From NCBI RefSeq assembly GCF_006345805.1, contig NC_043017.1, positions 16,864,001 to 16,928,000 of the forward strand: 64,000 nt of DNA. The letters run 5' to 3'. The notes beneath the pieces were generated by a model that was given only the letters and a program-made list of their open reading frames with translations, made no database searches and was not told where the DNA came from. Source of the DNA: Octopus sinensis (Eukaryota). The translations under genes and the position numbers were made by a program. Shown one piece after another: positions 49,401-61,475 of the stretch (position 1 is the stretch's first letter; the number at the start of each line of letters is the position of its first letter).

Positions 49401-50550
49401 TAAGTATAACCACAAAAGATCCTTTTGAGCCCTATAAGAGGGCTTTTATGTGGTTCCTCAAACTGCCAGGATAGCAGCCAAATTAACCCTAAGTCATAAG
49501 CTGTCAACTTAGAAACTAGATAATGTGGCCCTACCCATTTAAAAAAAAAGGGAGACTGGGTGATCTTCACCAAAATGCCTTATATCGGCTTACGTGTCAG
49601 CTTGATCAGGGAGGCTGACACGAGACTAAACAACACTAACTGCCCTAACCATTCAGCCAGCCTTAATACTAACCAGAACCAACAACTATCCCTAACAACC
49701 ATACAATCACTTGTAACACCAGCCCCTAGCAACAACCAGACAACTATACAACTGCTTTATCATAACATCAATAGAACCACCAAACGGTTGCACAAGCTGC
49801 TAGAAATAACTAAATCTCCCAGAAAAAAAAAGGACAAACCAGATACTGTATGTAGTCCTAAATGTCTGGAGAGAAAAAAAATATTGGATGGTCGTGTTTT
49901 CAATCATAGACCTACTCAATCATGGCTCACCTGGGGCTAAACAACATCAGTAGATGTTACATAAAGGAAGAGTAGAGAATAAAGCAAAAGATTGTGCGAA
50001 AGAAAGAGAGAGAAAATTACTCTACTGCGTGTATGAGCGAGTGTGTGAATGACTGCGACTCTGCCAATGAACGTGTGTGTGTGTAATGCATTCTAAGTGG
50101 ATATAATCACAGACTAAGATAAAGCAAAGTAGAGGACAGGTCTGGACAAAACACGGCAAAATTCAATAAGGTCAAGGACAAAGAAAATCTATTTCCAATG
50201 ATATTCGGGTTATAAATGCCATGTTAAAACCAAAATTTATGAACATAGTCAAATGTATATACACACACACACAGACGATGATACTGAGACGTGAAAGCTC
50301 TCTATCGGCAGTGTGTATATTATTGTGCACCTGCTTTCATTTCCACTATCTCCTCTTCTCTCTTGCGCGATGAAGAAAACTAATCAATGAACAGTCACCT
50401 CTACAACCTCAATAACCAGTAACTCCAAATAATTAACCATGCATATTGTAATGCAAACAAAAAAACAAACAAAAACAAGGTGGATAAAAGTGCAAGGAGA
50501 TAGATACCATCTTTGTAATTTGGATGAATATGTGTGTGTGTGTGTGTATT

Positions 50551-50933
50551 TTTTACTCTTTTACTTGTTTCAGTCATTTGACTGCGGCAATGCTGGAGCA
50601 CCGCCTTTTAGTCGAGCAAATCGACCCTGGGACTTATTCTTTGTAAGCCCAGTACTTATTCTATCAGTCTCTTTTGCCGAACCGCTAAGTGACGGGACGT
50701 AAACACACCAGCATCGGTTGTCAAGCAATGCTAGGGGGACAAACACAAACACATATATATATATATACATATATACGACAGGCTTCTTTCAGTTTCCGTC
50801 TACCAAATCCACTCACAAGGCATTGGTCGGCCCGGGGCTATAGCAGAAGACACTTGCCCAAGATGCCATGCAGTGGGACTGAACCCAGAACCATGTGGTT
50901 AGTTAGCAAGCTACTTACCACACAGCCACTCCT
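50551..50933 (-). mobile_element. SINE family A, near full length
   Basis: Head to tail match. Confidence 0.92.
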
Positions 50934-50993
50934 ATATATATATATATATATATATATACAGTAAAAATGAAAGTGAGACACAAAAATGATAAA

Positions 50994-51213
50994 CCCTTTA
51001 ACATTTAAACCGGCCATATCCGGCCCAAATAGTCTACCTGTTTTATGTTCAAACCGGCCAGATCCAGTCTCTCCCACCTACCCTACAATGTCATTCTAAA
51101 ATTAAATGATTACATCTTCAAAATCTTGAAGTTACAAGATAATACGTGATTAATTTTTTAAAATATGGATACATGAGCAATACATTTGATAAATTAATCT
51201 GAATTCTAAAGAG
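50994..51213 (-). mobile_element. MITE family I
   Basis: taaa|cccttt...aaagag|TTAA; interior homologous to other I copies. Confidence 0.8.
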
Positions 51214-51654
51214 TTAATAGAAAAGGACACTTAAACTGGGAACACCCTTCATCAGCCATGAAAATCAGAATCAGCAAAGTTTTGGGTGTTTAAAGTTCAA
51301 ACACTTTAATATTCCATGGTATTACTCCTCTGATTGCACCCATGATTGTTATTACAGCAGCGCTGGTAGATATCATGAAGAAAAGGACTTAGAATATAGA
51401 GGATTGTCAATAGTAAAAACTTAACCATCTTCCAGTATAATCTTTTTTTTTTCTGTGGCTTTTCTATAACACTATAGATCCTTGCAGTTTGTTTTCAATA
51501 ATAAAGTACTGAGTTCACTTTTATAAATGTTTCCAAACTACCATAGTCTAACCATCAGAATATGAATTGTTATTGACTTCTGTACTGTTTCATGCAGACT
51601 TTACAGCCAAAATTTGATCATCACAGTTTCACATTATCAGGTAGGTTATATATA

Positions 51655-51930
51655 TATATATACCATTATCATCATCACCATCATTAGATGTCTACATACC
51701 ATGCTGGTATGATAATGGTATATATATATATACCATTATCATCATCATCATCATTTGATGTCTATCTTCCATGCTGGTATGGGTTGGACAGTTTGACAGA
51801 TTCAACAAGTTGGAGACCTATGTCAATGTCTTTGCTGGCATGCTTTCTACAGATGGATGTCCTTCCTAATGCCAACCACCACAGACTTCATTGGATGTTT
51901 TTATTTCAGGACACTGGCACCAACGAATTC
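51655..51930 (-). mobile_element. Old C-type RTE 3'UTR with a duplicated tail
   Basis: taccattatcatcatc...gatgtcta...ccatgctggtatg occurs at 51661 and 51731. Confidence 0.7.
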
Positions 51931-52655
51931 TCCAAATAACTCACAAGACAAAGAAAAAGAGGCTCCTTCAGCTGAGTGAGGTTGTAGTCGAGAGAGAGAG
52001 AGAGAGGACCTTGTGCCAGGTCTTTAGATGGTGAAACAGGATAGAGAGACAGACTAAGGCTCTTGTTATCGACATACTTGGCAATCCTACATTATATAAG
52101 GGTGGGTAAGAGTAACTGGAAAGAAGATGCAAACTGTGATGATGAGGTGCCAGAGTGTACCCTCAAGGTACAAGAGGGTGAGTGTAAGAGAGAATGTGGA
52201 GAGAGGCTTGGTAAAAGTGAGTTGGTAAGTTTGTAAGAGGAGAGCAACTGATGGTTAGTGATGGGTGCAGAGATAAAATGATGAAGGTGTAATCAATGGT
52301 AAATCTCCAGATGGAGTGGGGGGCTGGGGTGAAAGAAATAGGTAGTAAGTGGCAGTACAGGAAAGGTGGAGAGCAGCAAACTAATAAATCTGTAGACAGA
52401 TCAGAAATAAGATGATGTGGGAGAGAGAGATGCATAGTGACAGAGATTGAGGTTACAAGGATGTAGAGGTGGCTATAAAGAGTGGAGGAGAAAGGTGAGA
52501 GAGCATCGATGACAGCTATGAGAGGGTGATAAAGATGGTGTATGGCTGTCCTACATGTAGCTCAGTGGAGAGAGAGAGAGTTATATAACTGGGGGTGTGA
52601 TTGGTGGAATATAAGAGGAAAGGGATGATGTTGAGATTGAAGGATAGAGGTTTAA

Positions 52656-52877
52656 CCCTTTAGCATTCGGATTTTTCTATCAAATATAATATTTATTTAT
52701 TCACTTTGGTTTGAATAAATTAAACATTACCTTGTAGCTTTTGAGATTTTGATGATGTGAACACTTATTTTTCAGGGTGACATAGTAGAGTAGGTGTGAG
52801 AGGCCAGATCTGGCTAGTTTGAACATAAAACAAGTTGAATGGTGTGGCCGGATTTGGCCGGTTTGAATGCGAAAGGG
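52656..52877 (+). mobile_element. MITE family I, complete
   Basis: TTAA|ccctttagcattc...gaatgcgaaaggg|TTAA. Confidence 0.88.
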
Positions 52878-53080
52878 TTAAAGGGAGTAGTTCCAGGGAA
52901 AGGGATAACTGGGAGAATAACTGTAGATGAAATGTTAAGTAGCTTTGCTCTCCTCTGATCCCAGTAGCTGAATAGTCATCCTGCAGGAAGAATGGGTGAT
53001 ATAGGAAGATAAGAAGTGAGGAGAGCTTGGTGTAGAGAGAGTGACTGCAGGAGCTTGGCCCAGGGAGTGTATTTTCATAA

Positions 53081-53467
53081 GTGGAGGCGCAATGGCCCAG
53101 TGGTTAGGGCAGCGGACTCGCAGTCATAGGATCGCAGTTTCGATTCCCAGACCGGGCGTTTTGAGTGTTTATTGAGCGAAAACACCTAAAAGCTCCAAGA
53201 GGCTCCGGCAGGGGATGGTGGTGATCTCTGCTTTACTCTTTCACCACAACTTTCTCTCACTTCCTGTTTCTGTTGTACCTGTATTTCAAGGGGCCGGCCT
53301 TGTCACTCTCTGTGTTACGCTGAACATCCCCGAGAACTACATTAAGGGTGCACGTGTCTGTGGAGTGCTCAGCCACTACACGTTAATTTCACGAGCAGGC
53401 TGTTCCGTTGATTCGGATCAACCAGAACCCTCGTCGTCGTAACCGACGGAGTGCTTCCATCCATCCA
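53081..53467 (+). mobile_element. SINE family D, D1 tail, full length
   Basis: 11-bp TSD tattttcataa at 53070-53080 and 53468-53478; (TCCA)n tail. Confidence 0.93.
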
Positions 53468-53722
53468 TATTTTCATAAACACACTTTAAGAACCTCCCTT
53501 TCATCATGATAGATGGATCTTCCTGAGCAAAATGGATTACCATTGATCTCGGTCCTTTTGTGATCTTTTCTAAGAGGTTCAATATTTTCAAATCAGCCTC
53601 CACTGCTTCATCCTGTAGTAGATCTATACCAGAATTCAATCTTGGACTTTTAGGCTTGCAAACATGAAGTCGCAACTGGTATTTTGTCAATTCTGGTTAA
53701 GTTGCAACTGGTATTTTGTCAC

Positions 53723-53955
53723 AAGGCAGAGAGCTGGCAGAATCGTTAGCACGTCGGGCGAAATGCTTAGCGGTATTTCGTCTGCCGTTATGTTGTGAGT
53801 TCAAATTCCCCTGAGGTCGACTTTGCCTTTCATCCTTTCAGGGTCGATAAATTAAGTACCACTTACACACTGGGGTCGATGTAATCAACTTAATACCTAT
53901 GTCTGTCCTTGTTTGTCCCCTCTATGTTTAGCCCCTTGTGGGTAATAAAGAAATA
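53723..53955 (+). mobile_element. SINE family B (B1), full length
   Basis: 13-bp TSD ggtattttgtcac at 53710-53722 and 53956-53968. Confidence 0.93.
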
Positions 53956-54639
53956 GGTATTTTGTCACTTCAGTACCAATCCGACAAATGGTTTTCTAGA
54001 AATTTTTGGAATCTGGTCAAGACAACTCACAGCTAACATGGTACTAAGAAAAATTTAACCAAATAATTTAATGTCAGCAAAAATTCTAACAAATCCAAAA
54101 TTGTTGACTGGAAATCAAACTTTGATTATGCTAATCACAGTTTATAAAAAGACCAGTAAACAACAGGCAGCAGTCAATCAAACACTGTCAGCAGAAGTGA
54201 CATGAACACAGCTAGACTTGATCTGGTTAACAGCAAGCTGATACCAGGAGACAAGATGCTATTGACAAAACAATAGAAAGCTAATATACAGGAGTCGGGA
54301 GTCGAGGCAAAGCATGATTGCAAAACTGATACTACCACAAAAAAGTCAATGAAACTTCTGTCATGCCCAATTTTTGTCTGGCCACCACATAGAACAATCT
54401 GTATACAGTGAAATGAACTCTGTTTTTTCTAAGTCTTTTGTTTTTTGCTCTATTGTACCTAGTAACAATAAATATATGAAAACATGATGAAGAACTAACT
54501 TCAACACATTATTTCATCAACTGTGGCTCATCGTCCTATGATTACAGTTCCTTGTCCTTCAGGGTCTATTAAATTCCATCCACTTCTTTACACAGCTGTC
54601 CTCATCCATATGCCTCACATGTCCAGTAATGAATATAGC

Positions 54640-55530
54640 AAGGTATGAGTTCATCAAGGTTCAGTCCTTAGTCCCCTCCAATTCATCATAGACCAACAGG
54701 CTACCATAGAGGAGTTTTAGACTTGCCGTCCATGGAAACTCCTATAGGTTGATGATCAAATTCACATAACTGAATTTATAGTGGGATTAGAGAAGACATT
54801 CCTGGCATGGAAGCTAAACCTAGACTCAAGAGGCCTCAAGATAAACTTAGTAAAAACTGAGGTTTTAGTAAGTAGGAATGAAGACAAAGCCCTAATATCT
54901 TCAGAGAAACTACTTTGCTTAAAATGCAGGAAAGGAGTAGGTACAAAATTGACATACTGTATCTAGTGTAAGCTACGGATACACAAAAGATGTAATGGAA
55001 TCATAAATAAACAGAGAAAGTAAGCTTCATATGTGACAAATGCACCAAAGCAGTACATACTATGAGCACACAATATATTCTATTAAATGTCTGAATGCCT
55101 CATTAAAAGTAGTTGATAGCATTTGTAACCGAGGAGATGTAATTAGCAAGGGAGGTGCTTGTTTCTAGAGTATAGTAGCCACGTTAAGAAAAGTTCAAAA
55201 TAAAGTTCAAGGATATACTACCACTGTTGGCAACAAAGGTCTTTTTCCTCAGAATAAAGGGCATTTGTGTTAGAACCACAATGTTGCCGAGTAATGAGGC
55301 CTGGGTCTCGAATGTAGAGGATATAAGGTAACTGAAGAGAAATGAATCTAGCATGCTCTGACGGATGTGCAATGTAAGTGTGCATAAACAACAAAGTTCA
55401 AACGCAGCAAAGGGAAAAAATCTGGCACAAGAAGAGTCAAATGTAATATACAGGTAAGTAAACCGTGTGATGAGGAGGGATGACAACTGTGTGAAGAAGA
55501 GCTGGACAACGGATGTTCAATGATGATGAT
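54640..55530 (+). mobile_element. Degenerate RTE LINE (RTE1), RT core to tail
   Basis: HQGSVLSP..., PWKLL*VDD, LKINLVKT, Cys/His cluster, then acggatgttcaatgatgatg tail. Confidence 0.82.
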
Positions 55531-55567
55531 GTACCTTTACCTTGACATCAGGTAAATGTGCAATACC

Positions 55568-55793
55568 TATTTCTTTATTACCCACAAGGGGCTAAACATA
55601 GAGGTGACAAACAAGGACAGACAAAGGGATTAAGTCGATTACATCGACGCCAGTGCGTAACTGGTACTTAATTTATCGACCCCGAAGGGATGAAAGGCAA
55701 AGTCGACCTCGGCGGAATTTGAACTCAGAATGTAACAGCAGACGAAATACGGCTACGCATTTCACCCGGCGTGCTAACGATTCTGCCAGCTCA
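55568..55793 (-). mobile_element. SINE family B (B1)
   Basis: 7-bp TSD caatacc at 55561-55567 and 55794-55800. Confidence 0.9.
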
Positions 55794-55804
55794 CAATACC
55801 ATCA

Positions 55805-55985
55805 TACAAGCAATGTTGATTGTTTCCAGTCTTCCGTGAAAACATGTCTGGGCAAGGGAAATATTACCTGGAAACAGGTGAGAGTTGGATGACAGGAAAG
55901 GCATCTGACCATAGAAAAATCTACTTCCACAAATTCTATCTGACCCATGCAAGCATTGAAAAGTGGATGTTAAACTGATGATTAT
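55805..55985 (+). mobile_element. Older C-related RTE 3'UTR
   Basis: gacaggaaaggcatc...gaaaagtggatgttaaactgatg. Confidence 0.65.
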
Positions 55986-56049
55986 ATATATATATTTATG
56001 CTAACTAGTTCCACAAATTTTTAACAAGATGCATGACTTATGAGGACAA

Positions 56050-56650
56050 TACAAGATATGTGCGAAGAGGTGGTCAGCAAGTCAGTGATGAATTTAGTGT
56101 GCAGGTAGGCCTCCATCAATGTTTGATCTTCAATCCTCTCCTGCCTGTTGTCCTTCAAACTATAACAGGAATTAAATACTGGCTGACCATGGGAACTCTA
56201 GCATGTTGATTAACTGGTTCTTATAGCAGAATTGGAGGAATTCCAGACATGGAACCAAAACTAGGTATTGAAAAGCTTCAATTCACCAGAGCTTGGTTCA
56301 AAGTCCCCCTACTGTTTGTCACAGTCTTCCTCCAGGCCATAACAGAGGAATTTAAAATAGGTTTCCCCTGGAAGCTATACGCTGATCTTGTTCTCATGGT
56401 AGAATCTGTAATAGAATTAGAGAAAGAATTCCAGGTGTGGAAGCAAAACCTGAAACCAAAACACCTTATAGTTAACTCAGCAAAGACTAAAATTAGAGTT
56501 AGGAAAACATCAGTAAATGTCCCTGCCTGATTCATAAGAAAGGTGTCGGCAGAAATTCCATGTGGTATACTCAGCGTAAACTACAGACACACAAGAATGC
56601 AGAGGGACCACAGGAAGACTAACAGAGAAAGTAGACTGTATGTAGAAAAC
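56050..56650 (+). mobile_element. Two adjacent RTE1 RT fragments covering the same RT segment
   Basis: VQVGLHQ..NPLL..TITE..PWEL; then LQAITEEFKIGFPWKLYAD..WKQNL..RKGVGRNS. Confidence 0.75.
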
Positions 56651-56829
56651 TTACATAGCTTGATTTAGTGCAATTTTCGTAGAAACGTGTTATAGTAATT
56701 AGTTTGTCCATTTCTTGAAATTCTGGCTCAAACATGATATCCAAGGCTTTGCATCCATTTTCTGTTTGATGTCTTGTCGTGCAGGAATACACGTTTGACA
56801 AGTAGCATTAGTATGCGTTAATCCTATAC

Positions 56830-58110
56830 AAGCAGTTGTGATAGTACTATCCTCTTAATTATTAGCTTTGCCCTTTTTCATCACAATGTGACCAGATTTG
56901 GCAATGACCATATTGAATCCATGAGAATCTCTTTCTATCTACAGTGCTCTATAGCGATAGAACTGTGGTGCCAAAAATCTCATCAGGCATAGCTATTCGC
57001 TAGTGTCCCAACAGAGTTGTGAAAACACTTTTATATTGCACTTTCAGTATTTCACTTATCCTCTGAGGATCTGCAGTCAGTGAGCCATTTTCTTTGAAGA
57101 GGGGGCTCCATCTTGTACCATACTGAAGCAAACTCTTTTGCAAATCCATAGAATGCTTTAGAGTTTATCATTACAATTTTTACAGCCCTGGCGTCTCTTT
57201 CTGCCTTCTCCTTTACATGGGAGTGCTGAAGTTTACTTTCAATCTCAAGCGATATTTGTTTGAGATAGGATTCTTCACTATCTTTCAGAGGCCTATCTAA
57301 ACATTTTGAGATCTTTGCTTGTTGTCTTATCAGAATCTTCCTATCCCTGAGAATTATGTTTTTCTGTCAGTTTGACATTTTGTCTCTGGAGCAAACTTGC
57401 AGCATATGTCATGCATGATTGTCATAAGGTGCTGTAGCTTTAAGCCAATATCTTTCATAGAGAGACTAACAGACCAGCTTTCTTCGATGACCTTTTTCTG
57501 AATACCTTTCCAATCAGCTTTATGAAAGTTCATTCAGAAAAGGAGTCAGGTGCTTCTAGTAACCTGCATGTCTGCAGCTTTTTTGCAAACCATACATTGT
57601 TAATTCTGCTAAGTTATAACCCGAGAAAATGATCAGTGTCATTATAACATTATGGATGAATGCTGAGTTACTTGTGAAGCAGAGGTTCAGAACATTTTTA
57701 CTCCTTGTTGGGTGATGCACAATTTGCATGCCTCTGTTAATGCAATGGAATACCTGAGAGAAAGCAGCCTTTAGGCCAATCGGCATCAGGGATGTTGAAG
57801 TCTCCTGAAGGCTGTCATCTAGGTTGGTCAATACTTCTTCCATCTTTTCGAGGCTCTCTTCAAATGAGTCCCCATGATTTGGAGCATCTGGTGAGCAGCA
57901 TGTAGTACATACTACCATTTCGATCTGTTTAATGTGTACCGCCAGAGTATGTTGAAGTGTGACAGTAGAACTACAGCCATGACATCTTCTTCCCAGATGG
58001 ACATTGAAACTCCAGCAGTTCTTTCTTCCTCCTGATAATTTGAAATACATGTTTTGGTTTGTGTATCTCACTATCTGCCATTGCCAGCAATCAAATGTGC
58101 TTCTGTTGGT
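56830..58110 (-). mobile_element. Degenerate CR1-like LINE ORF2 (APE endonuclease and linker)
   Basis: LAVHIKQIEMVVCTT..SPDAPN, HPTRSKNVLNLCFTSN, NSKAFYGFAK, LTADPQRISEILKVQYKSVFT. Confidence 0.78.
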
Positions 58111-58261
58111 GCTATGCATGTTGTTTGATTACATGTAACTAAGTCTCTCGGGTATGGGGGCTTTGCATTGGTGGAATGTTACAAGGCCCAACATTCAACA
58201 GGAATACTGGTGTGAAAGAAATGGTTGATAGTGATTTAAAAGTTTCAGCCGACTTCCTCAG

Positions 58262-59200
58262 TATATAAAAAAAGGGGGTAGAAATTCCATATGGTGCACC
58301 CAAGGCAAATTATGGACACACAAGATATACAATGGAATCACAAGCAGGTTAACAGAATAAGTAGACTTTGTCTCTGGGACATGCACAGGAGCAATAAACA
58401 CTAAAAATGGGAATTAGATTTTCTCAAATGCCCAGGATGATCCTTAGAGGTGGTAAATAGCTTCTGATATCTAGGTGAGTTAATTAGTGGAGGAAGACAA
58501 TGTCCAAAAAGTATAGTAGCCAATAGTAAGAAAAGACTGGAAAAGTTCAGAGAGCTATTACTACTGTTCATAATAAAAAGGTTCTCTCTCTCCTTAAACG
58601 TGAAAGATAGACTATATAAGACTTGAGAATGCGGCGAGCTGGCAGAAACCTTAGCACACCGGGCGAAATGTGTAGCCGTATTTCGTCTGCCATTACGTTC
58701 TGAGATCAAATTCCACCGAGATCGACTTTGTCTTTCATCCTTTCAGGGTCGATAGATTAAGTACCAGTTACGCACTGGGGTCGATATAATCGACTTAATC
58801 TGTTTGTCTGTCCTTGTTTGTCCCCTCCGTGTTTAGCCCCTTGTTGGGTAGTAAAGAAATAGGTATAAGACTTGAGTACAAAATAATGCTACAAAGTAAA
58901 ACATGGGCCCTGAATGCAGAGGACTTGCAGAGATTAGAAAGAACTGAAGAACACATATTCCACTGGATGTGCAATGTCAGTGATATAAACAACCAAGTAT
59001 GAATGTGTAGAGAGAACAACTAGCAAAAGCAGAAGCCATGGTATGAGCACATGATGCGTATGGAACCTATGGAAGATGGAGATCCAGCAGTGAAGTCATG
59101 ACCTCAGGATGCTGAGCTTCACGGAGCAGAGATGGCAAAGGACCAATAGGATTAGCAATATGTTGCACTCGAGAAGACCTGCCTATCACAGCAAAACTGG
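58262..59200 (+). mobile_element. Degenerate RTE1 LINE (zinc-finger region to ORF end), interrupted by SINE B
   Basis: NSIWCTQ.KLWTHK, LEVVNSF*YLG, KTWALNAEDLQRLER, WYEHMMR, HDLRMLSFTE. Confidence 0.8.
58628..58863 (+). mobile_element. SINE family B (B1), full length
   Basis: 13-bp TSD tataagacttgag at 58615-58627 and 58864-58876. Confidence 0.93.
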
Positions 59201-60524
59201 TTTCAAAAAGCACACTGTGTATATACAACAACTGACCCTGCATGCAGTGTCGCTTCCCTGCCCTCTCATCTCCCTCCCCATTATCCTTCTAACTACTACG
59301 TTATCCTGCAACTATAATTAAATGAGAACACAACTAAATATTTCGTCCTCTCTTTCTGCTGGACCAATTATCTCACCCCTTTACTCCTGAACTATATTTT
59401 AATGACACTAAAACATCCTTCTGGACACCATTTCATATCTGCCACTGTCTGTTTGCTACTCACTGTATCCACCCCTAACATACCTCTGACCTCCTCTACA
59501 CATATCACTATACACCTCTCAAATTCTATCCCCTCACACTCTTGCAACTTTTACCCCCCACCCCAATACCCCGTCTTTCATCACCCTATTGCTCATCCTT
59601 ATGCTATCTACAGTTACATTATGATTCTGTTCCTCTTCACTATTTCTGTACTGCCACACCTCAGCACTCTTCCCCCACCACCACCACCAAACCACTTCTA
59701 CTGGCATCTATCCCTCATTCCATCCCATTCCTTCCAACTCATATCTATTATCATTTCTCCACCCTTGTTCCCCATTCACCCCCCCCCCACACACACACAC
59801 ACTCTTGCAACTTTACCCACCCACCCACCCACCCTTCTTGGTCCTTTTGTCCTCACTCTCTTATTCACCTTATAATTTGAGAGTATCACATCTCATCACA
59901 ATCATATCTATCTCACTTTCCAGCCCCACCTAAATTACTCCCACCATTATATATAAAAAGCCTGGAATAGTATTTCTTCCACGCCAACAAACCTCTTCCT
60001 ATCCAATCATCACACTCAGACCTCTCGATACCGAACATTAAACCACCTCCCTCTCCACTATACTCCTGCTCAGTCATGGAGTATATTTGTGAGTCACATG
60101 GCAATCCCACTAGTGTTGGTACCATGAAAAGCATCACAAAGCGGCTGACATTAGGAAGGGTATCCAACCACAGAAACTATGCCAAAGCAGACATTGAACA
60201 CTGGAAGGAGTCCTTTGACTCAGTGGAGCCTATCGAACTATCAACATCTGCCAACTTGGAAGACTGACATTAAACGATGTGTGTGTATGCATGTGTAGTT
60301 GTAGGTGTATTTGTGTATATCCACACAAGTACAGGTGTAATTATATGGTGCACTCAAGAAATGAAACCTATGTTTATATGCAGGATGCTGCTTATATGCA
60401 TATCCTTCCTGTTGGAGTTTTCAAGAGATGCACACATGTTAAAGTTTCTATGTATATATCTCATGCTATCCATGTACATATGGGTCTGTGTACATTTATG
60501 TGTGTTTGTGTGCATGTGTGTCAG

Positions 60525-61177
60525 GCCCTATAAAGAGAGTAGGGTAAGGGCTAGGGTTGGCAATGAGTATAGTAAAGAATTCCGGGTAGAAGTAGGGGTC
60601 CACCAAGGATCAACCCTCAGCCCCCTCTTATTCATCAGAGTCCTATAGGCAATAACAGAGGAATTCAAGACAGGTTGGGCCTCGCAGAGGCAATAACAAA
60701 AGACCAAAACCTCTGGAGGTATGCTGTGACTGAGAAGACCCAGCAAATAAAGTGAGTTCACAGCTGTAACCTAAACCAGTGTTGCATAACCAGCCCACTC
60801 AAAAGTACCTTGGATCGTAGAGTGACATGCCGTGCTTGAGGGGACCTCTTGAATCAAGAACATCAACATCATTATCAAAATCCTATCAAATTACAATCAA
60901 ATGGAACCCTGTGCCGGTGGGATGTAAAAAACACCATCCGAATATAGCCGATGCTAGTGCCACCTTGTCTGGTTTCCATGCCGGTGGCATGTAAAAAGCA
61001 CCCTCTACACTTGCAGAGTAGTTGGCATTAGGAAGGGCATCCAACTGTAGAAACACTGGCAGATCAGACTGGGGCCTGGTGAGGCATCCTGGCTTCCCAG
61101 ACCCCAGCCGAACCATCCAACCCATGCCTGTATGGAAAACAGATGTTAAACGATGATCATGATGATGATGATGATAC
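60525..61177 (+). mobile_element. Internally deleted RTE1 LINE: RT piece, ORF end and 3'UTR (= family C)
   Basis: RVGNEYSKEFRVEVGVHQGSTLSPLLF, then KDQNLWRYAVTEKT*, then C-type subrepeats and gatgttaaacgatgat tail. Confidence 0.82.
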
Positions 61178-61475
61178 ATATATATTTAAATATGAATTAA
61201 ACAGCTTGAGATGTATAAACAAAATTGAACACACACACACGGCAAGGGTCTTTAACCAGAGCCCCAAGACAGTCAAAGACTTGTGAGCAGGTTTCATAGA
61301 CAGAAACAGAAAAAAAGTGTCATGTGTATGTATGTATATATATTATATATTTAGTGCACAACTCGCCTTCACTTTAAAAAAATATCACCATCTAAGTCAT
61401 CCTCAAGGATGAGTAGATGATCCCCATCAATCCAACGGACAAACATGCAATGTTTGTATAGAAGAGGAGGCTGAA

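Noticed and set aside
49960-50400. Possible promoter or first exon (CpG-containing unique sequence, CCAAT)
   Set aside because: No decisive core-promoter arrangement; cannot be supported without transcript data
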